Positions 58,936 through 64,000 of a stretch of 64,000 nucleotides of DNA are shown in pieces. Both the position numbers and the translations under genes were made by a program. The notes below the pieces were generated by a model. It worked only from the letters and a program-made list of their open reading frames with translations. It made no database searches and was not told where the DNA came from. This stretch comes from an uncultured bacterium (GTDB lineage: Bacteria > Verrucomicrobiota > Verrucomicrobiia > Verrucomicrobiales > DEV007), in NCBI GenBank assembly GCA_963977015.1, contig CAXBMO010000002.1, positions 1 to 64,000 on the forward strand, in the 5' to 3' direction. The first letter of the stretch is position 1, and every line of letters begins with the position of its first letter.

Positions 58936-60084
58936 CTACCAAATGCGTTTAATCGCTCTTCCCATCACTCCGGCCTCTTTTTCCTCCTGTTTTTTGGGAC
59001 GAAGAGACAATTTTTTCTTCCCGGTTTCAGGATCTTCCTCCACGGAACCGGTTTCGGCGGGAACATCAGAGATAATTGCGGCACGGATGGCTGGAGCCTC
59101 CGTCGGTGGAGCGGCCGAAGCCTCATCCTGGGAAACCGGCTCGTCCTTTGATCGCCCAAAACTCGGCAATTTGGGGATCGAATTGGAGAAGTTCGGCATC
59201 GAAATGTTTGGAAGTCTTCTTTTCTTCTCATCGAAGCTCTCATCAACCGCCACCTCCTCCACCGGAATCTCGGTGACCACTTCGTCTGAGCCGACTGCAT
59301 CCTCGAGGTCACCCTCACTTTTCCGACCAAAACTTGGCATCTTCGGCATCGAAATTCGATCAGGAATGACGCCGGCAACGGCTTCACCCGCGCCCCGCAT
59401 TCCTTCACCAGCGGCGTTCAGTACCTTGCCGGGCGCCTCGCGGACAGCGCCCGAGCCATCTCCCACATTGCCAACCGCTGCGGCCACCGGAGCCAAAACA
59501 CTCGTCGGCGAAGTTTCTCCGACCATCGACACCGAGGAAATCTCGATCCGATTCATTGGGACATCGTTGGTATCCACCGTTTGCTCGGCAATGTAATCGA
59601 GGTGTTCGATTCCGCTGACGACCCGGCCAAATACGGTGTACTGGCCGTTGAGGTGATCAAGGTCATCCAACGCAAAGTAAAATTGGCTTCCGTTTGACGC
59701 ACGATTCGGGTTCCGTGAGTTGGGCAAGCGTGCCATCGCGATGGCGCCGCGGATATGCGGGAGCTTGATTTCAGCGGGAAGGGTGTAATCAGGGCCACCG
59801 GTTCCCCAGGCTTCTTTCTGGGCGTTGTCCTTGGTCAAGGGATCACCCATTTGCACAATGTAGGAAGGAATGGCGCGATGAACGGCCATGCCGTTGTAAA
59901 ATCCGGAACGAGCAAGCTTCTTGAAGTTCTCACAGGTTTGAGGAGCTGCGTCGGGGGCCAGCTGCACCACGACTTTGCGGATCTGGTTATTGACCACCAA
60001 ATCGACGGCCACGGTGTCTTGTGCCTGAGTGAGTTGCGATCCAAATGCTAGGATTCCAGCGATCGCGAGGAAGGTACGAATCAT
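58936..60084 (-). CDS. Cyclophilin-type peptidyl-prolyl isomerase with signal peptide and long disordered tail
   Basis: APQTCENF, FYNG..HR, QMGDP, GTGGPDY, AMAR, GSQFY, YTVFGRV. Confidence 0.92.
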   Translation of the reverse strand: MIRTFLAIAGILAFGSQLTQAQDTVAVDLVVNNQIRKVVVQLAPDAAPQTCENFKKLARSGFYNGMAVHRAIPSYIVQMGDPLTKDNAQKEAWGTGGPDYTLPAEIKLPHIRGAIAMARLPNSRNPNRASNGSQFYFALDDLDHLNGQYTVFGRVVSGIEHLDYIAEQTVDTNDVPMNRIEISSVSMVGETSPTSVLAPVAAAVGNVGDGSGAVREAPGKVLNAAGEGMRGAGEAVAGVIPDRISMPKMPSFGRKSEGDLEDAVGSDEVVTEIPVEEVAVDESFDEKKRRLPNISMPNFSNSIPKLPSFGRSKDEPVSQDEASAAPPTEAPAIRAAIISDVPAETGSVEEDPETGKKKLSLRPKKQEEKEAGVMGRAIKRIW

Positions 60085-60117
60085 GGTTTGCAGGGAGATG
60101 TTAGGGGAAGTAGGAAG

Positions 60118-60993
60118 TCAGATAAGCGGAGTTTCTCGGATTTCCAACCAAGATGAAAGATTATTTTCCTCCGACTTTGCCATCAGCTTTGTTCCAGGCT
60201 CTTCGTGTCCCCTTTTGACGAATCCCAGAGCAATCATTCGATCTAATTTTGGAGAATGGACCGAACTGGTGATCTTTCCGACGCTTTTGTCGCCGTCCTC
60301 CAAGCTCCAGCCAATGCCGATCTCGGAATCCGGTTCGTCAGCAACCATCGCGATCAGATAGCGGTTGACCTTCCCGGAACTTTTGATCCGGGAAATGACT
60401 TCCTGACCGATGTAGCAGCCCTTGTGAAAGTCGATCGCGCGATCCTGGAGTATCGCCTCCTGGGGGAGCACATCCGGGCCCAACTCAAGCCCCCAACGGG
60501 GAATTCCATGGCCGATTCGCAGTTCTTCCAGTTGGTCGCGCGCAAGTTCCGAACCTGAGACAGGAAGCGGGCTCGGCGATAGGACGTCCACGCCGGGCAC
60601 CCCGAATCGATTTACACGGCGAGTCCAGCCATCCATTGCCGGATCCGAGGGAGGTTCTCCCAGGAAATGAGTGATCTGCCAATCGCCGGTGATGTCTTCC
60701 AATTCGGCGTCATCGGCGATGATGTAGCGGTCCAGCCTCGCAAACAGTTCCTCACGCAACTCCACCGGTCCGTCGATGATTAAGGCGTCTTTGTCAGGCA
60801 TCGCCGAAATAAAGACATCGGCCTCGATCTTGCCTTTGGCCGTCGTCACCAGCGCGTAGAGGGCGGAATCGCTTTTCGCCTGGCGAACATCGTTCGTGAC
60901 TTGGCCATTCAGGTACCGCACTCGGTCGCCGCCTTTCAGGCAAAGGACCGCGCGCTCATTTGTGAGATCGACAAATTCGGGATTCAACTCCAT
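60118..60993 (-). CDS. ygfZ: Folate-binding Fe-S cluster repair protein YgfZ/GcvT-like
   Basis: GGDRVRYLNGQVTND and signature KGCYIGQEVISR. Confidence 0.9.
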   Translation of the reverse strand: MELNPEFVDLTNERAVLCLKGGDRVRYLNGQVTNDVRQAKSDSALYALVTTAKGKIEADVFISAMPDKDALIIDGPVELREELFARLDRYIIADDAELEDITGDWQITHFLGEPPSDPAMDGWTRRVNRFGVPGVDVLSPSPLPVSGSELARDQLEELRIGHGIPRWGLELGPDVLPQEAILQDRAIDFHKGCYIGQEVISRIKSSGKVNRYLIAMVADEPDSEIGIGWSLEDGDKSVGKITSSVHSPKLDRMIALGFVKRGHEEPGTKLMAKSEENNLSSWLEIRETPLI

Positions 60994-61002
60994 ATTCCTA
61001 CC

Positions 61003-61197
61003 ATGGTCATCATTGCCGAGAACGTCAAAACCGGAGAGCGAATCATCGTTTTGGAAATCGCGCAACAGATCTGCTTCACGACGGCCGATGGACGCCTTGG
61101 CTGGGCATCTCCTCAGGAGATTCGAATCGTTTCCGTGAATGGAAAGGATCCAAAATCCCTGATTTGGGAGGACGGTCAGGCCAAGCCCGCCGAATAG
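61003..61197 (+). CDS. Small hypothetical protein (64 aa)
   Basis: ATG-started beta-rich ORF that fills the gap between ygfZ and the DUF1501 gene; no recognised family. Confidence 0.4.
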   Translation: MVIIAENVKTGERIIVLEIAQQICFTTADGRLGWASPQEIRIVSVNGKDPKSLIWEDGQAKPAE

Positions 61198-61212
61198 ATC
61201 GCGGCTCTCCGC

Positions 61213-62637
61213 CTAGGTCAGGATCTCAGTCACCAATTTGGCGGGTTTGACGCCCGTCAAACGCTGATCGAGGCCCTGATAGGAAACAGTGAAGCGTTCG
61301 TGGTCGATTCCCAGCAGGTGGAGAATCGTCGCGTTGAGGTCGTGAATGTGGACGGGGTTTTCGACCACGTTGTAACTGAAATCGTCCGTCACGCCGTGAC
61401 TCACCCCCGGCTTGATTCCGCCACCGGCGAACCAACGTGTGAAACAGCGGGGATGGTGGTCTCGACCGTAGTTTTCCTTGGTCAGCGTACCCTGACTGTA
61501 AATCGTTCGGCCGAATTCGCCGCCCCAAATCACCAGCGTATCCTCCAGAAGTCCCCGTTGTTTCAGATCTTGAACCAAAGCCCAGGCAGGTTGATCGAGC
61601 TCTTTGGTTTGGCGCAAAATGTTCTTGGGAAGGCTGCTGTGATGATCCCATCCCCGGTGGAAAATCTGGACAAACCGAACGTCCTTCTCCACCATCCGCC
61701 GCGCGAGCAGACAATTGCGGGCAAAGGTGCCGGGTTTCTCCACATCCGGGCCATACATTTCGCGAATGTGCGCCGGTTCGGAATCCAAATCGATCAATTC
61801 CGGGACGCTCGCCTGCATGCGGAACGCCATCTCGTACTGCGCGATCCGAGTCTGCGTTTCAGAATCACCCAGACTTTCGTAAATCCGGCGATTCATGTTC
61901 TGAACCTGATCCAGCATCATGCGACGGGCACTCCGGCTGATTCCGGGATTGGAGAGGTAGAGAACGGGATCTCCCTGAGCGCGAAAGGCGACACCCGCGT
62001 GTTTGGAGGGAAGAAATCCGCTCCCCCAGAGTCGCGAGTAGAGAGCCTGACCACGCGGCTCGCAGTTCAACACCACGAATTCCGGCAAATTGCGATTCAA
62101 CGATCCCAATCCGTAGCTGATCCAGGCTCCCATGCTCGGTTTTCCCGGAATCTGCGCCCCCGTCTGGATGTAGGTGATCGCCGGATCGTGGTTGATCGCC
62201 TCCGTCCAAACCGTATTGATGAAGGCGAGTTCATCCGCCATGGATGCGGTTTTGGGCAAGAGTTCGCTGACCCAGCGGCCGCATTTTCCGTGCTGCGCAA
62301 ACTTGAATTTGGAAGGGGCGATGGGAAAACGGGATTGCGCTGCCGTCATCGTGGTCAGGCGCTGCCCCTGACGGACCGATTCCGGCAGGTCCTGGTCGAA
62401 CATCGCCGCCATCCTGGGCTTGTGATCAAAGGTATCCAGCTGCGACGGCGCGCCTGCCATGAAGAGATAGATGACCTTTTTCGCCCTCGCCGGATGATGA
62501 AGCGTGGGAGACGCCGCGTCGGAGCGCGCCATCAAGCTCCCGAGCGCGGCAAGTCCCAGCCCCTGCGCCGTTTTTCCAAAAAACTGACGCCGCGTCTCTT
62601 GCTGAATCCAGAAATCGATGGGATCAGAAGCCTTCAT
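61213..62637 (-). CDS. DUF1501 domain protein (Tat signal)
   Basis: [52 protein letters not shown]. Confidence 0.93.
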   Translation of the reverse strand: MKASDPIDFWIQQETRRQFFGKTAQGLGLAALGSLMARSDAASPTLHHPARAKKVIYLFMAGAPSQLDTFDHKPRMAAMFDQDLPESVRQGQRLTTMTAAQSRFPIAPSKFKFAQHGKCGRWVSELLPKTASMADELAFINTVWTEAINHDPAITYIQTGAQIPGKPSMGAWISYGLGSLNRNLPEFVVLNCEPRGQALYSRLWGSGFLPSKHAGVAFRAQGDPVLYLSNPGISRSARRMMLDQVQNMNRRIYESLGDSETQTRIAQYEMAFRMQASVPELIDLDSEPAHIREMYGPDVEKPGTFARNCLLARRMVEKDVRFVQIFHRGWDHHSSLPKNILRQTKELDQPAWALVQDLKQRGLLEDTLVIWGGEFGRTIYSQGTLTKENYGRDHHPRCFTRWFAGGGIKPGVSHGVTDDFSYNVVENPVHIHDLNATILHLLGIDHERFTVSYQGLDQRLTGVKPAKLVTEILT

Positions 62638-64000
62638 TTGCAGAGAAAGTCATCACGGTTCATGACGATGTTCGCAATCATCGTCCAGGTTGCGATTTCG
62701 GTGATCTCAAAGTCTTCCGTCACTTCGCTGTCGCCCACTTCGACAAGCGCTTTCGCCTCTTCCGGCGCATTCCTGAAGTGCTCTCGAAATTTCGCCGCCG
62801 CGACCTTCAATGCGTCCAGATCGCGGGCATCCGCCGGTCTCGTAAAAACGGTCCGCATCATCCAGGCTGCCCGGTAAAAGTCGTCATCAACCACTCGCAT
62901 CGCCTTGACCGCCAGGTGGCGAGCAGCTTCGACAAACTGGGGATCGTTCATCAGGACCAGTGCCTGCATCGGCGTATTGGTTCGCTCACGGCGGACGACG
63001 CAGCTCTCCCGAGAGGGCGCATCAAATGCCGCCATCGAAGTTGGGGGCGACGTTTTCTTCCAAAACGTGTAGAGGCTGCGGCGATAGAGGGAGTCCCCGG
63101 TGTCTTGCCTGAACTCCCGCGTGTTGCTACCCGCGAAAGCGACGGGCTTCCAGACTCCGGGTGGTTGGTAGGGTTTCACGCTCGGTCCGCCTATTGTCGG
63201 AACGAGCAGACCGCTGACCGCGAGAGCCTGATCGCGAATGACCTCCGCATCGAGCCGGATCCGTGTGCCTCGCGAAAAATAGCGATTGTCAGGGTCGGCA
63301 GCCAGCTTCTCAGGAGTTATCTTTGGGCTTTGACGATAGGTCGCGGAAGTCACGAGCAGCTTGAGGATGTGATTCACATTCCACCCCGATTCGACGAATT
63401 CCATCGCAAGCCAGTCCAGGAGCTCCGGATGCGTTGGAGGCGAACCTGTCGCGCCAAAGTCTTCCGCCGTCGCCACCAGTCCGGTCCCAAAGATCGATTG
63501 CCACAATCGATTCACCGTTACGCGAGCAGTGAGCGGATTTTCCGGCTGAACCAGCCACTTCGCCAAACCCAGCCGATTTTTGGGAGATTCTTGGCTCATC
63601 CCGGGAAGCACGGCAGGCACACCCGGCCCCACTTCTTCGCCTCGCTGATCATATTCGCCTCGTTGGAGAACCCAGGCCCGGGGTTGATGATTTGCACGCT
63701 CTTCGGAAACCAGGCTCGTGACCGATCGTGCGTAGATGAAGTCGCGACGCGTCTGCGTTTCCGCGACTTTTCTGGCAGCAGCGCCAAACTGGGGATCGAT
63801 GACCTGATTGTGATAGGCCATTGCGAGTTGTTTCGGTTCCTCTTCGAGCTCCGCCCATGCAATCCTTCGATCCAACAACTCGCGAAGCTCAAATTCATCG
63901 GCCAGCAGCATCACCTCTTCGTTATTGAGCCAACGGCGGTATATCCGGATGTCGCTCATCCCGCCGGTTGGCAGGCTCGGAGCGACCTTCAATGGCACAT
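62634..64000 (-). CDS. DUF1553 (PSD1) domain protein, C-terminal part; start lies beyond the window
   Basis: [62 protein letters not shown]. Confidence 0.92.
   Translation of the reverse strand, partial: VPLKVAPSLPTGGMSDIRIYRRWLNNEEVMLLADEFELRELLDRRIAWAELEEEPKQLAMAYHNQVIDPQFGAAARKVAETQTRRDFIYARSVTSLVSEERANHQPRAWVLQRGEYDQRGEEVGPGVPAVLPGMSQESPKNRLGLAKWLVQPENPLTARVTVNRLWQSIFGTGLVATAEDFGATGSPPTHPELLDWLAMEFVESGWNVNHILKLLVTSATYRQSPKITPEKLAADPDNRYFSRGTRIRLDAEVIRDQALAVSGLLVPTIGGPSVKPYQPPGVWKPVAFAGSNTREFRQDTGDSLYRRSLYTFWKKTSPPTSMAAFDAPSRESCVVRRERTNTPMQALVLMNDPQFVEAARHLAVKAMRVVDDDFYRAAWMMRTVFTRPADARDLDALKVAAAKFREHFRNAPEEAKALVEVGDSEVTEDFEITEIATWTMIANIVMNRDDFLCK

Noticed and set aside
1-64000. rRNA, tRNA (including selC), prophage or integrase
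   Set aside because: No such signatures were recognised by eye; a covariance-model scan would be needed to exclude small RNAs

Overview
This is a gene-dense chromosomal window, most likely from a Verrucomicrobiota (PVC) bacterium, judged from TIGR03790, DUF1549/1553/1501, choice-of-anchor K and sulfatase genes. It opens with a lone Y1/HUH (IS200/RAYT-like) tnpA enclosed by ~100-bp imperfect inverted repeats, with a 12-bp tandem array on the left and a 70-bp tandem array on the right. Next come a NarX/NarL-type two-component pair, an Ldh_2 + SDR pair, a secreted peroxiredoxin whose catalytic codon is an in-frame TGA followed by a SECIS-like hairpin (probable selenoprotein, split by the ORF track), a sulfatase and pstS-pstS-pstCAB. 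A tightly coupled minus-strand cluster follows: divergent PanB-like, AmmeMemoRadiSam radical SAM, AMMECR1-MEMO fusion, GcvR-like ACT, NDT-fold protein, WbuC cupin and an atypical SDR. A G9 tract at the radical SAM/AMMECR1 junction would fuse the AmmeMemoRadiSam ORFs if it were G8. The rest holds surface-glycan genes, acnB with a structured leader, NamZ, Mla-like genes with a degenerate ATPase, rpoD, putA, an ArnT-like gene, a VIT/vWA pair, recF, a cyclophilin, ygfZ, DUF1501 and a partial DUF1553 gene. All calls are from motif recognition by eye; no database search was run. No rRNA, tRNA or CRISPR array was seen.
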